This document shows, piece by piece, positions 1 to 9,233 of a DNA stretch of 64,000 nt. The stretch comes from Candidatus Dormiibacterota bacterium (GTDB taxonomy: Bacteria; Chloroflexota; Dormibacteria; Aeolococcales; Aeolococcaceae), in NCBI GenBank assembly GCA_035995545.1, contig DASYKI010000016.1:664599-728598 (forward strand). The letters run 5' to 3'. A program made the translations under genes and the position numbers. Below the pieces are notes generated by a model that searched no databases, had not been told where the DNA came from, and saw nothing but the letters and a program-made list of their open reading frames with translations. Positions within the stretch are counted from its first letter, which is position 1. Every line of letters begins with the position of its first letter.

Positions 1-561
1 AGGCCCTCCTCGATCCGCTACCTCCTCGCCGCGAGCACGCACTACCGCAAGGTGCTCAACTACACCGACGACGCGCTGTACACGGCGGCGCAGGCGGTGG
101 AGCGCATCGCGGTGTTCCGCGATCGTCTGCTCGCCTTGACTCCCGCGCCGTCGGGCGACGCCGCCGGCGACGACGAGGCGTGCACCGTCACCACGCGCGC
201 CACCGAGGACTTCGACGCCGCGCTCGACGACGACCTCAATCTCCCCGAGGGGATGGGCGTCTTCTTCACCGCGGTGCGCGACGCCAACCGCCTGCTCGAC
301 AGCGGCGCCGTCACCGAGAAGGGCCGGCAGTGGCTGCTCTCCCTGGTCGACCACGTCGACGACGTCCTCGGCGTGCTGCCACTGGTTGCGCGCGAACGCG
401 AGAGCGAGCTGGCGCCCGACGACGAGGAATTGCTCGACCGCCGCGTCGCCGCCCGCAGCGCGCGCGACTGGTCGCAGTCCGACGCGCTGCGCGACGAGCT
501 CGCCCGCCGCGGCATCGCCGTCGAGGACACCCCCCAGGGCCAGCGCTGGAAGCGCGCCTGA
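1..561 (+). CDS. cysS: cysteine--tRNA ligase, C-terminal part (5' end lies outside window)
   Basis: Frame is open from base 1 (..LRYLLAASTHYRKVLNYTDDAL..). The C-terminal region with DALDDDLNLPEG-type motif resembles the CysRS anticodon-binding/C-terminal domain. It is followed directly by rlmB, the usual cysS-rlmB arrangement. Confidence 0.7.
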   Translation, partial: RPSSIRYLLAASTHYRKVLNYTDDALYTAAQAVERIAVFRDRLLALTPAPSGDAAGDDEACTVTTRATEDFDAALDDDLNLPEGMGVFFTAVRDANRLLDSGAVTEKGRQWLLSLVDHVDDVLGVLPLVARERESELAPDDEELLDRRVAARSARDWSQSDALRDELARRGIAVEDTPQGQRWKRA

Positions 562-579
562 GCCGCTGACGGCGCTCAC

Positions 580-1314
580 GTGGACATCCTCTACGGGCGC
601 AATCCCGTGCTCGAAGCGCTCCGGTCCGGACGCGAGGCGCGCAAGCTGGTGCTGGCGCAGGGCGTTCGCCAGGAGCAGCGCCTCGACGAGATCCTCGCCC
701 TGGCGGAGCAGCGGGGCATTCCCGTCGAGGAGTCGCCGCGCCGCCGTCTCGACGACATCGCCCACACCGAGCATCACCAGGGCATCGCCGGCTACTTCCA
801 CGCGCGCCCGCCGCTGAGCCTCGACGACCTGCTGCGCGAGGCCAAGCATCCCGCGCTGCTGCTCGTGCTCGACGGCATCCAGGACCCGCAGAACCTCGGC
901 GCCCTGGCCCGCAGCGCCGATGCCGTCGGTGCTGACGGGCTGGTCATTCCACGCCACCGTGCCACCGGGGTGACGCCAGCCGCCGCCAAGGCCTCGGCTG
1001 GGGCCACCGAGTATGTTCCTGTCGTCTCTGTCACCAACCTGGCGCAGGCGCTGCAGCGCATCGGCGACGCCGGCATCTGGCGGGTCGGCCTCGCCGCCGA
1101 GGGCAGCGTGCGCTACGACCAGTTCGACTACACGAGCCCCGTCGCGCTGGTGGTGGGCGCGGAGGGGGAGGGGCTGCGCCCACTCACCCTGCGCCACTGC
1201 GACGCCGTCGTCTCCCTGCCCATGCTGGGCAACGTCGCCTCGCTCAACGCGGGCGTCGCCGGCGGTGTGCTCCTGTACGAGGCGGCGCGCCAGCGCGGCT
1301 TCGCGGGGCGATGA
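580..1314 (+). CDS. rlmB: 23S rRNA (guanosine-2'-O)-methyltransferase, SpoU/TrmH family (RlmB-like)
   Basis: 244-aa ORF; N-terminal L30e-like segment (ILYGRNPVLEAL) then SPOUT methylase motifs (LVLDGIQDPQNLGALARSADAVG, VVGAEGEGL, SLNAGVAGGVLLYE); a GTG at 574 is an alternative start. Confidence 0.8.
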   Translation: MDILYGRNPVLEALRSGREARKLVLAQGVRQEQRLDEILALAEQRGIPVEESPRRRLDDIAHTEHHQGIAGYFHARPPLSLDDLLREAKHPALLLVLDGIQDPQNLGALARSADAVGADGLVIPRHRATGVTPAAAKASAGATEYVPVVSVTNLAQALQRIGDAGIWRVGLAAEGSVRYDQFDYTSPVALVVGAEGEGLRPLTLRHCDAVVSLPMLGNVASLNAGVAGGVLLYEAARQRGFAGR

Positions 1315-1321
1315 TGGGCGC

Positions 1322-1894
1322 ATGCGCACCCTGATCGTCGACGGCTACAACACCGTGCACGCCTGGCCGTCGCTGAAGGCCGCCCTGGAGTCGCGCGGCC
1401 TGGAGGAGGCGCGCCGCCGCCTGGTGGCAGCCCTCGCCGAGTACGCCGCAACCGAGCAGGTGCGCGTGACCGTCGTCTTCGACGCGCCGCGCCACACCGG
1501 CCGCGCCGCCAGCCTGGAGGTGATCGATGGCGTCGAGGTGCGCTTCAGCGGCGGCCACGACAGCGCCGACCACGTCATCGAGCGCCTCGCCTACCTGGCC
1601 ACGCGCGGCGGTCCCGCCGAGAACGTCGTCGTTGCCACCTCCGATCGACTGCAGCGCGACATGGTCCGCGCCATGGGCGTGACCACCATGGACGCCCGCA
1701 CCCTGGAGGCCGAGGTGCGCGCCGCCGCCGACACCACCACCCAGCGCGCCACCCACATGCGCCACCAGGCGGGCAACTCGCGCCGCGTCGAGCACCACCT
1801 CAAGCCCGACGTTCGCGACCGCCTCGAGCGCATGCGCCGCGGGCTCCCTGCCGATCCCGCCGACCCCGCACCACCGCCCGACGACACCGCCTAG
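1322..1894 (+). CDS. NYN-domain (YacP-like) putative RNase
   Basis: ATG at 1322 gives MRTLIVDGYN.. The protein-like sequence starts well inside the 1013..1894 track ORF. The position after rlmB mirrors the B. subtilis yacO-yacP arrangement. Confidence 0.55.
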   Translation: MRTLIVDGYNTVHAWPSLKAALESRGLEEARRRLVAALAEYAATEQVRVTVVFDAPRHTGRAASLEVIDGVEVRFSGGHDSADHVIERLAYLATRGGPAENVVVATSDRLQRDMVRAMGVTTMDARTLEAEVRAAADTTTQRATHMRHQAGNSRRVEHHLKPDVRDRLERMRRGLPADPADPAPPPDDTA

Positions 1895-1934
1895 GGCCGC
1901 CGCGCGACCCGGTGCTACCCTTCGGGATCGCCGC

Positions 1935-2006
1935 GCCGGTGTAGCTCAGTGGTAGAGCGTCCGCCTTGTAAGCGGAGGGTCCGGGGTTCGAATCCCCGCG
2001 CCGGCT
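1935..2006 (+). tRNA. tRNA-Thr (anticodon TGT)
   Basis: Cloverleaf folded by hand. Acceptor stem GCCGGTG/CGCCGGC, D-arm TAGCTCAGTGGTAGAGCG, anticodon stem-loop TCCGC-CTTGTAA-GCGGA (UGU), T-arm CGGGG-TTCGAAT-CCCCG. CCA is not encoded. Confidence 0.85.
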
Positions 2007-2946
2007 ACTCGCGTACCGGCAGCACCGCCTCGGCGTTCTCGACCGCGCGCGGCGCGCCGGTGAGCGCGACCATCACCGCGGCGACCAGCACCACGGCACC
2101 GCCCAGCAGCCGCAGCGCAGACAGTCCCTCACCCAGCACCAGCGCCGCCAGCAGTGCGGTGGTGGCGGGCTCCAACGTGCTGACGATGGAAGCCCGGGTG
2201 GGCCCGACTCGTGACAGTCCCGCGAGGAACAGCGTGGCCGCGATCAGCGTCGGCACGATGGCGAGGCCGGCGATGATGCCCCACGCCTGCGCGTCGAGGC
2301 CGTGCAGCTCGCCGCCCACGGCTGCGGCCACTAGGAAGCAGGCGCCGCCGACGGTGGTGATCACGGCGCTGGCGTGCAGTGCGGGAACGCCGCGCAGCAG
2401 CACCCCGCCGGTGAGGATGTAGCAGGAGTACACGACCGCCGACGTCAGGCCGAGCAGGACGCCGGCGAGGTCGAGGTGTCCCGTCGGGGTGGGGCCGACG
2501 ACCAGCAGCACACCGATGCAGGCGAGCAGCAGCGCGAGCATGCGCGTGCGGGTCAGCCGTTCGCGGAGCACGACGCGGGCGAGCAGCGTCACCAGCACCG
2601 GGTAGACGTAGAGCAGGATGGAGGTGATCGCCGCGGGAATGCTGCGCAGGCTGCTGAAGAACGCCGTCGCCTGCAGGACGTACATCACGCCCATGGCGGC
2701 CAGGCCTGCGTTGCGACGGCGGTCCAGCCGGGCGATGTCGTGCCGCAGTGCCGCCAGTGTCCAGAGGCACACGGCGGCGAGGGAGAAGCGCAGTCCCAGC
2801 AGGGTGGACAGCGGGATGCCGTGGCGGGAGCCGAGCTTGCCGAAGATGCCGAGAGTTCCGAAACTGACGGCCGAGATGGCGACGTAGGCGAGGCCCACGG
2901 TGTCGGCGCGGCGCCCACTCTGCTGCACGGGTGGACATGACACCAC
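2005..2946 (-). CDS. EamA/DMT superfamily transporter
   Basis: 313-aa ORF, very hydrophobic with ~10 predicted TM segments in two EamA-like halves. Start uncertain; its stop codon overlaps the 3' end of tRNA-Thr(TGT) convergently. Confidence 0.65.
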   Translation of the reverse strand: MVSCPPVQQSGRRADTVGLAYVAISAVSFGTLGIFGKLGSRHGIPLSTLLGLRFSLAAVCLWTLAALRHDIARLDRRRNAGLAAMGVMYVLQATAFFSSLRSIPAAITSILLYVYPVLVTLLARVVLRERLTRTRMLALLLACIGVLLVVGPTPTGHLDLAGVLLGLTSAVVYSCYILTGGVLLRGVPALHASAVITTVGGACFLVAAAVGGELHGLDAQAWGIIAGLAIVPTLIAATLFLAGLSRVGPTRASIVSTLEPATTALLAALVLGEGLSALRLLGGAVVLVAAVMVALTGAPRAVENAEAVLPVRE

Positions 2947-2972
2947 AGTCAGTCCGGGCGCCGCTCAGGCGC

Positions 2973-3380
2973 TCAGGCGTCGACGCGCATGTGCACGTGC
3001 TCGGCGACCCTGCGGTAGCCGATGGCGCCATCGATCGAGTTGGAGGTCGGGTTGGCGGCGTCGGTGAAGAGGAACACGCTGCGCCGGCCGCGGGCGAGGA
3101 GGTCGCGGGTCAGCGCAGCCGTCAGTGCCGTGCCGTATCCGTGGCGGCGGAACGCGACAGGGGTGTAGACGGGTCCGATCCGCACGCCCGTCGGCGTCAT
3201 GCCGCCCGTAGGCGGCCATCGCCACGGGTGTGCCGCCGTCCTCGCAGAGGAGGCAGCCGCTGTGCTCGCCAGGGTGGCGTAGAGCAGGCAGTGGCCCGCC
3301 TCGTCCGCCTCCAGCAGGGGAGCAGCCGCGGCGGCGAAGTCCTCGACATCGGGGCAGACCTGCAGCTCGACCCTGGGCAT
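2973..3380 (-). CDS. small GNAT-family N-acetyltransferase
   Basis: 135-aa ORF containing an acetyl-CoA-binding-like segment (RRHGYGTALTAAL); the N-terminal half is low-complexity so boundaries are uncertain. Confidence 0.45.
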   Translation of the reverse strand: MPRVELQVCPDVEDFAAAAAPLLEADEAGHCLLYATLASTAAASSARTAAHPWRWPPTGGMTPTGVRIGPVYTPVAFRRHGYGTALTAALTRDLLARGRRSVFLFTDAANPTSNSIDGAIGYRRVAEHVHMRVDA

Positions 3381-3459
3381 TGCTCACCCTCGTGGACGCG
3401 TGTTCGCGGCCGCCCGATGCATACTGCCTGACACGGAAGCGGACGTGGAGGTTGTTCTC

Positions 3460-4311
3460 ATGCCAGGTGCAGTCGTGGTCACCGGTGCGTCGACCGGCAT
3501 CGGGCGCGCCATCGCGCTGCGGCTCAGCGCCGGTGGCATGCGCGTCTTCGCCGGGGTGCGTCGCCAGGAGGACGCCGACGCGCTGCGCCGCGAGTCGGCG
3601 CAGATCACCCCGCTGCTCCTCGACGTCACCGACCAGGCGTCTCTGGACCGAGCGGTCAGCACGGTGTCCGAGGCGGTGGGCGACGCCGGCCTGGCGGGCC
3701 TGGTCAACAACGCCGGCATCTCCGGCGGCGCGCCCACCGAGTTCTTCGCCGTCGACGACCTGCGCGCCATGCTGGAGGTCAACGTGGTCGGCGTCGTCGC
3801 CACCACCCAGGCGTTCCTGCCGCTGATCCGCACGGGGCGTGGACGCATCGTCTACATCGGTTCCATCGGCGGCCGCATGGCGGTGCCCTTCCTGGCCGCC
3901 TACTCGATGACCAAGGCGGCGGTGAGCGCGCTCTGCGACTCGCTGCGCGGCGAGCTGCGGCCCTGGGGCATCCACGTCGCGCTGATCGAGCCGGGCTCGA
4001 TCAAGACCCCGATCTGGGAGAAGGGCCTGCGCGGCATCGAGGACCAGATGGGACGCTGGCCCGCCGAGGCGATGCAGCTCTACGGCGACGTCATCCCCAA
4101 GATGCGCCGCATCACCGAGAAGACGGCGTCGCGCGCGATCGCGCCGGACAAGGTTGCCAAGGCCGTCGAGCACGCGCTCACGGCGTCGCGCCCGCACACC
4201 CGCTACGTGGTCGGCGCCGACGCGCGCGCCCAGGCCATCCTGCGCCGCGTCCCCGACCGCGCCCGCGACGCGATGATCGCACGCACCATCGGGCTGCAGA
4301 AGAAAACCTGA
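3460..4311 (+). CDS. SDR-family short-chain dehydrogenase/reductase
   Basis: ATG at 3460 (MPGAVVVTGASTGIGRA, Rossmann TGxxxGIG); YSMTKAAVSAL (YxxxK catalytic motif); the track ORF begins upstream at 3400 but the protein-like sequence starts at 3460. Confidence 0.8.
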   Translation: MPGAVVVTGASTGIGRAIALRLSAGGMRVFAGVRRQEDADALRRESAQITPLLLDVTDQASLDRAVSTVSEAVGDAGLAGLVNNAGISGGAPTEFFAVDDLRAMLEVNVVGVVATTQAFLPLIRTGRGRIVYIGSIGGRMAVPFLAAYSMTKAAVSALCDSLRGELRPWGIHVALIEPGSIKTPIWEKGLRGIEDQMGRWPAEAMQLYGDVIPKMRRITEKTASRAIAPDKVAKAVEHALTASRPHTRYVVGADARAQAILRRVPDRARDAMIARTIGLQKKT

Positions 4312-4341
4312 GCGGGGCTCTGGGGCGCCGCCCGTCATCGC

Positions 4342-4612
4342 GTGCCCGGTGCTAGCAGCCGCCGGGCCTCGCCTGCCGCGTGCCAGCAGCCGCCGGGTCC
4401 CCCCGCTCCCCGTGCTGGCAGCCGCCGAGTCACCCCGTACCCAGTGCTGGCAGCCGCCGGATCCCCGTGCCCGGTGCTGGCAGCCGCCGGATCCCCCATG
4501 CCCGGTGCTGGCAGCCGCCGGATCCCCGTGCCCGTGCTGGGAGCTGCCGAGTCCCCCGTAACCCCCGTGCTGGCAGCCGCCGGTCCCCCCGTACCCCGTG
4601 CTAGCAGCCGCC
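4342..4612. repeat. tandem direct-repeat array, ~9 copies of a ~30-bp unit (GTGCTGGCAGCCGCCGG + variable TCCCCGT(G/A)CCC tail)
   Basis: Read directly from the sequence. A 17-nt conserved core alternates with 12-16-nt related (not unique) tails. The array fills the convergent gap between the SDR (+) and the glycosidase-like gene (-) and overlaps that gene's last codons. Confidence 0.8.
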
Positions 4613-6724
4613 CGCAAAGTTCAACTGGTACACCGCGCCCGCACGAAGCGTGAGCATCACGCCCTGAGCCACCAGTTGCGCGGCAACGCGGTGCCCCGCC
4701 GAATCCACAGCACTCACCAGCCGCGAGCCCGCCATCGGCACCAGCAGGCGCCCCGGCACGGTGCTGGTCACCGTCCCATGCCAGTTCTGCGCGCAGGCCG
4801 GCGCCCGCACCACCAGCGCGTGCGCATGCGCGAAGGTCCGCGCCGTCACCGCCTTGCCCACCTCGTACTGCCACTCGCCCCCGGCAAGCGGCACCGGATG
4901 TCCCTGCCCCTTGATCGACGACAGCGACACCACCGCGCCCAACTGGTCCGTCAGCGCTGGCGTGATCGGCAAACCCCCAACCCAGGTCTTGCCGAAGTAC
5001 ATCGCCGGCGTGCCGTACACGGTGCTGGCGACGGTGTGCGGGATCACCGTGGTCGCGTCGACCTGCCAGCCGTCGCCGTCGATGAGCATGTCCGGGTTCA
5101 CCGCGGCGACCAGTGCCGCACGGCGATCCCACTCGGCTGTGCTCCAGGCGTCGTAGAGGCGCAGCGTGTCGGCCACCGCGGCGAACTGCGGCGCCGCCGC
5201 GCTGGCGTCGATCATCGCGTCGGGCCGCAGCCTGTGCGCCGAGCTGTGGATGGCGTCCATGTAGCGGTACAGCGCCAGCGCACCGTAGCCCCGCGCGGGA
5301 TTGCTGACCGTGGCCGGGATGTTGTACTGCCAGTCGAGCTTGAGCCCGTCGGCGGCCAATGCGTCGCCGCCCGAGCCCACCAGCGCCCCGACCGTTGCTG
5401 CCATCTCTGACTGGAACGACGTGGTGGTGGGGTCGATGAGGCGCTCGGGCGTGGCGGTGCGGGCCAGCTTGGCGGACAGCGGGATGGTGTCGATGCGGTG
5501 CGCCCACATCGGCCACCAGAGCAGGACGTGCAGTCCCTGGGCGTGCAGCTCGTCGATCAGCGCCCGCATCCCGGCGACGCCGCCGAAGCGCAGCGGGTCG
5601 GGCATGGGGTCGCCGATGCGCTCCTGCCAGCGCGAGTCGATGACCAGGGTGAAGTGGTCGACGTGGTACCGCGCCTTCCAGTCGGCGGCGAAGCTGCGCA
5701 CCCAGTCGGCGGTGAAGGCCGGGCTGCCGCGGAAGGCGTGCACGGCCATCTGCTCGCCCCAGGTGTCGACGATGGGCTCGCTCCACCACGCCGGGCGCGA
5801 GCCGGGCGGCGAAGCGACGGTGACCGCCTTCAGCCCCACCAGCGCGTCGTGGTAGGCGCGCAGCCCGGTCAGGGGGTCGGCGGCGAAGGTGACCACGAAG
5901 TCGGGGAAGCGCAGCATGCCCGCCTGGCCGGTGCCGGCGCCGAGGTCGGCCGTGGCGTCCACGCTGGCCAGCGGGTAGTCGATCGACACCGCGCCGTCGT
6001 GTCCCACCCGCATCGACGTCGCCGAGGGGACCTGGACCAGGCCGAGCCCCATCCAGCCGGGGGTGCCGCGGAGCTGCACCTGCAGCGGCGGCGGAGCGAA
6101 CGGGGTGCGGCCCACCGTCGACACCACCGGCGCCGGCGACACCGAGGTTGCCCGCGGGTCGGGCGTGTAGCCGTCCTGGATGGTGGTCATGTCCAGGCCG
6201 CGGTGGCCGTCGGCGAAGAAGCTGGGGGCGAGGGCGCGCTGCGGGCCGAGCGGCGCCGTGAACGAGACGGTGAAGCTGGACGGGCTCGGCGTCAGCGTCG
6301 CCTGGGAGAGGACGGTGCCGTCGGCGGCGACCATGGTGGTGGTCAGGACGTGGCCGGTCAGGGTGGTGTGGGCGTGGGCTCCGCTGGGGATGGCGGCGCG
6401 GCCGGCCAGGGCGCAGAGCGGCAGCGAGGTGTAGACGCGGCCGTCGGCCGAGGCCAGGCTGACCACCGCCGAATCGGGGTCGGCCCAGATCGCGTAGCCG
6501 GTCCCGGCGACGTGAAGCTCGGCGGCGCCCACCGCGGGGGTGACGTCGAAGCCCTCGAGGCGGTCCTCGGTGGGCTCGGCGGGAAGCGTGCGGGTGAAGG
6601 GATGCGCCTGGGCCACCCCGGCGACGCAGGCCCCGATGGTGACCACGGCGAACACCGCCGCACCGCGGTTGGCGCCGAGGCGCCGCGCGGTCGAGAGGAG
6701 GCGGGACGGGAGGGGTCTGCGCAT
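4601..6724 (-). CDS. secreted protein, putative glycoside-hydrolase-like (TIM-barrel) enzyme
   Basis: 707-aa ORF. The N-terminal signal peptide has a positively charged n-region, a hydrophobic core and a AQA cleavage-like site. The middle region (HFTLVIDSRWQ.., LHVLLWWPMW, LKLDWQYN) resembles clan GH-D-type (alpha/beta)8 glycosidases. The family assignment is not certain. Confidence 0.45.
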   Translation of the reverse strand: MRRPLPSRLLSTARRLGANRGAAVFAVVTIGACVAGVAQAHPFTRTLPAEPTEDRLEGFDVTPAVGAAELHVAGTGYAIWADPDSAVVSLASADGRVYTSLPLCALAGRAAIPSGAHAHTTLTGHVLTTTMVAADGTVLSQATLTPSPSSFTVSFTAPLGPQRALAPSFFADGHRGLDMTTIQDGYTPDPRATSVSPAPVVSTVGRTPFAPPPLQVQLRGTPGWMGLGLVQVPSATSMRVGHDGAVSIDYPLASVDATADLGAGTGQAGMLRFPDFVVTFAADPLTGLRAYHDALVGLKAVTVASPPGSRPAWWSEPIVDTWGEQMAVHAFRGSPAFTADWVRSFAADWKARYHVDHFTLVIDSRWQERIGDPMPDPLRFGGVAGMRALIDELHAQGLHVLLWWPMWAHRIDTIPLSAKLARTATPERLIDPTTTSFQSEMAATVGALVGSGGDALAADGLKLDWQYNIPATVSNPARGYGALALYRYMDAIHSSAHRLRPDAMIDASAAAPQFAAVADTLRLYDAWSTAEWDRRAALVAAVNPDMLIDGDGWQVDATTVIPHTVASTVYGTPAMYFGKTWVGGLPITPALTDQLGAVVSLSSIKGQGHPVPLAGGEWQYEVGKAVTARTFAHAHALVVRAPACAQNWHGTVTSTVPGRLLVPMAGSRLVSAVDSAGHRVAAQLVAQGVMLTLRAGAVYQLNFAGGC

Positions 6725-6751
6725 TTTCGGGGCGGGCGGTCGGTCAGTGGC

Positions 6752-8401
6752 TCAAAAGCTTGGAACGGAGAGATCGCTGCGAATGTATACGCGATCGAGG
6801 GTCGAGCGATAGACCTCCCGGTAACTCGACAGCAGCAGCGGCTGGATGTCCGAGAAGTAGGCGAGGTCGTCCTCCTCGGTCACGATTATCTCCGGCCTCA
6901 GCTGGGCCACCCGTTTCGTTACGCCTCCGTTGGATTGCAGGAGCGACTCGTTGTTGTAGATGGGCGGCGTCGGAAGCAGAACGGGCAGGTCGGCGAGAAG
7001 ATACGGCCAGGCGTCCGAGGACCACACCACCGCGCTGTGGCCGGCCAGTCCGTGCTCGCGGATCCACGTCGAGACCGCCGTGTCGGCGGGGGCGCGCAGG
7101 TCCCACTCGGCCTCCCAGGAGCTCCAGGTGTGCTGCCCCGTCCAGGCCTGGAAGGCGCCCACGTAGTAGGTCGACAGGTTGCGATAGGTGTTCATGCCAG
7201 AGCTGGCACCTTCCGGAATCCATTCCACTCCCGCCGAACGCGCCAGAACACCGGCCAACAGCAGTCCGCCGACCAGTGGCGCGGCGGTGAGCAGCCGGGC
7301 GCGGTTGCCGAGCATCGATCGCCACGCGTCGCGGCGGTCGGGCAGCCCGGCCACCAGGGCGAGGCAGACCGGCACCACGGTGGGGCCGAGGAAGTGCGCG
7401 AAGGGTTGCTGCGCCGCAGCCGGAACTGTCAGCGTCGCAATCGCCCACACGGCGAGCATCCAGCCGCCACCTGAACTCGACCTGAATCGCGCCAGCACGG
7501 CACCGGCGACGGCCGCGGCGATGCACAGCGCGAGGAGGCCGAGCAGCACGGGGCCGTGGGCGCCGGGCAGCGAGCTGGCGTTGTAGTCGCCGGTGTAGAA
7601 GCCGACCAGCGCGTACCACAGGGTGTGTGGTCCGACCAGGATGGCGAAGGGGATGGCCCATGCCAGGGTTGCGCCGACCACCGTGGCCGCGTAGGTGAGC
7701 AGGTGGCGCGGCCGCGCGGCGGGATGGACAAGCAGGATCAGCCCGACGGCCGCGGTGTCGACCAGCGCGGTCTGCTGGTAGCAGAGGGCCGTGGCGGCGA
7801 GCAATCCGGCCGCGACGGGCCAGAGGTTGCCCGCGGTGCGGCGTTCGTGGAGGCGGACGATGACGATGGCGGCCACCCACGACGCCGGCGCGATGAGCAG
7901 CGACTCCGGCAGGATCAGCTCGGCGTCGAAGAGGGGAAGGCCCAGCATGACCCCGGTGACGAGCACCGCAGTTGCTGCCTTCCATGGCACGAACAGGTGG
8001 CGCGCGACGTAGGCGACCGCCGCCAGCGCGATGGCCGCGAAGACGAAGGTGAGCAGGTGCAGCGCCGTCTCAGTGCTGCCCAGGGTGTGCACCACGCTGC
8101 CGACGGTGGCGAGGTGGAGCGGGGGCTTGTTGTTCCAGATGTCCTTGTAGGGCAGCTTGCCGCTGAGCATCTCGCGGCCGGTGGCGGCGTAGCCGGCCTC
8201 GTCGGTGTACCAGTGCGGCTCGACGAAGCTGGGCAGGCGGAGCAGGGCGAAGGCAGTCGCGCCGGGCAGCCACCACAGGCGGCGCAGGCGGGATGGGGCG
8301 TGCCGCGTGCCGCTGCGGGCCTGCGCCGCCGGTCCGCCGGCGTGCGGCGATGCCTCGGCTGCGGCTTCGGCGGGCGGAGCGGGTGGGGTGTCGGCGGGCA
8401 C
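6752..8401 (-). CDS. GT-C fold glycosyltransferase, PMT/ArnT-like (GT39/GT83-like), polyprenol-phosphate-sugar dependent
   Basis: Multi-TM protein with loop-1 DE motif (HWYTDEAGYAATGREMLSGKLPYKDIWNNKPPL). The N-terminal part of the 6752..8920 track ORF is low-complexity. The start is probably the GTG near 8401 (VPADTPPAPP..), giving a Pro/Ala-rich tail before TM1. Confidence 0.6.
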   Translation of the reverse strand: MPADTPPAPPAEAAAEASPHAGGPAAQARSGTRHAPSRLRRLWWLPGATAFALLRLPSFVEPHWYTDEAGYAATGREMLSGKLPYKDIWNNKPPLHLATVGSVVHTLGSTETALHLLTFVFAAIALAAVAYVARHLFVPWKAATAVLVTGVMLGLPLFDAELILPESLLIAPASWVAAIVIVRLHERRTAGNLWPVAAGLLAATALCYQQTALVDTAAVGLILLVHPAARPRHLLTYAATVVGATLAWAIPFAILVGPHTLWYALVGFYTGDYNASSLPGAHGPVLLGLLALCIAAAVAGAVLARFRSSSGGGWMLAVWAIATLTVPAAAQQPFAHFLGPTVVPVCLALVAGLPDRRDAWRSMLGNRARLLTAAPLVGGLLLAGVLARSAGVEWIPEGASSGMNTYRNLSTYYVGAFQAWTGQHTWSSWEAEWDLRAPADTAVSTWIREHGLAGHSAVVWSSDAWPYLLADLPVLLPTPPIYNNESLLQSNGGVTKRVAQLRPEIIVTEEDDLAYFSDIQPLLLSSYREVYRSTLDRVYIRSDLSVPSF

Positions 8402-8411
8402 GGGCGCTGTA

Positions 8412-9233
8412 GTATCCCCCGCCGATGTGTCCCGCCCGCCCTCGGCGACCCCGGTGACCACGGCGCCGCGCGCCCTGGTGGTCCCGCCCGCCCTGGAGCG
8501 GCGGCTGCCCGGGCTCAGCCTGGTCATGCCCTGCCACAACGAGTCGGAGAACCTGCGCTGGCTGTTGCCCCACGTCGCCGAGGTGATGCCGCGCCTCGCC
8601 GAGGCGTACGAGGTGGTCATCGTCGACGACGGCAGCACCGACGGCAGCGGGGACGTGGCGCGATCGCTGGCCGCGTCGCTGGGCATGGACCTGCAGGTGC
8701 TGCGGCACGAGGTGAAGAGCGGATACGGCATCACCGTCGCGGACGGGCTGCGGGCGACGCGGTTGGAGTACAGCGCGTTCACCGATGCCGACGGGCAGTT
8801 CGAGGTGGCCGACCTGTCGCTGCTGATCCCGCTGCTGGACCGGGCCGACTTCGTCGGCGGGTGGCGGGAGTCGCGGTCGGACGCGGCGATGCGGTCGGTG
8901 GTGAGCGGTGTGTTCAACACGCTGCTGCGCGTTCTCTACGGGCTTCGCGTCCGAGATGCGGACTGCGCGCTGAAGGTGATGCGGACGTCGTTCCTGCGCT
9001 CGATCGACATCGAGTCGCGGTCGGCGCTGATGAACGCCGAGCTCTACATCAAGGCGCAGCGCGGGGGGTGGCGGGTGCTGCAGGTGCCGGTGCCGCACCA
9101 TCCGCGGCAGCTCGGCGTGCGCAGCGGGGCGCGGCCACGGGCGATTGCGCGGGCGGTCAAGGAGCTTGTGCTGCTTCGCTTTCGGCTGGCGCGGAGTGAG
9201 CGGGGAAGGGGGCCGGGGAGCTCAGCGCGCTGA
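8412..9233 (+). CDS. GT2 polyprenol-phosphate sugar synthase (Ppm1/DPM1/GtrB-like)
   Basis: GT-A motifs LSLVMPCHNESENL, VVIVDDGSTDGS, FTDADGQF (DxD), DCALKVMR; the start is a GTG between 8412 and 8481; divergent from the GT-C gene with near-abutting starts. Confidence 0.75.
   Translation, partial: VSPADVSRPPSATPVTTAPRALVVPPALERRLPGLSLVMPCHNESENLRWLLPHVAEVMPRLAEAYEVVIVDDGSTDGSGDVARSLAASLGMDLQVLRHEVKSGYGITVADGLRATRLEYSAFTDADGQFEVADLSLLIPLLDRADFVGGWRESRSDAAMRSVVSGVFNTLLRVLYGLRVRDADCALKVMRTSFLRSIDIESRSALMNAELYIKAQRGGWRVLQVPVPHHPRQLGVRSGARPRAIARAVKELVLLRFRLARSERGRGPGSSAR

Noticed and set aside
1013-1894. 293-aa track ORF as the full NYN protein
   Set aside because: The upstream 100 codons overlap the rlmB 3' end and are low-complexity; the conserved protein starts at ATG 1322.
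4342-4612. Possible CRISPR array
   Set aside because: Units are contiguous 30-mers with a 17-nt core and related (not unique) 13-nt tails. There are no spacers of CRISPR length, no cas genes, and the repeat unit is shorter than canonical CRISPR repeats.
2965-4617. 550-aa minus-strand ORF (and similar long ORFs such as 5498..7474+, 7556..9199+, 14911..17310+, 20468..22435-, 27084..30701-, 36531..37598-, 9285..10499+)
   Set aside because: They run antisense to or out of frame with well-supported genes and translate to Arg/Ala/Gly/Pro-rich low-complexity sequence with no domain signatures. These are typical spurious open frames in ~70% GC DNA.
6752-8920. 722-aa track ORF as the full GT-C protein
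   Set aside because: The first ~170 codons are Ser/Arg/Ala-rich low-complexity and would overlap the divergent GT2 gene. A start near 8401 gives a normal PMT-like N-terminus.
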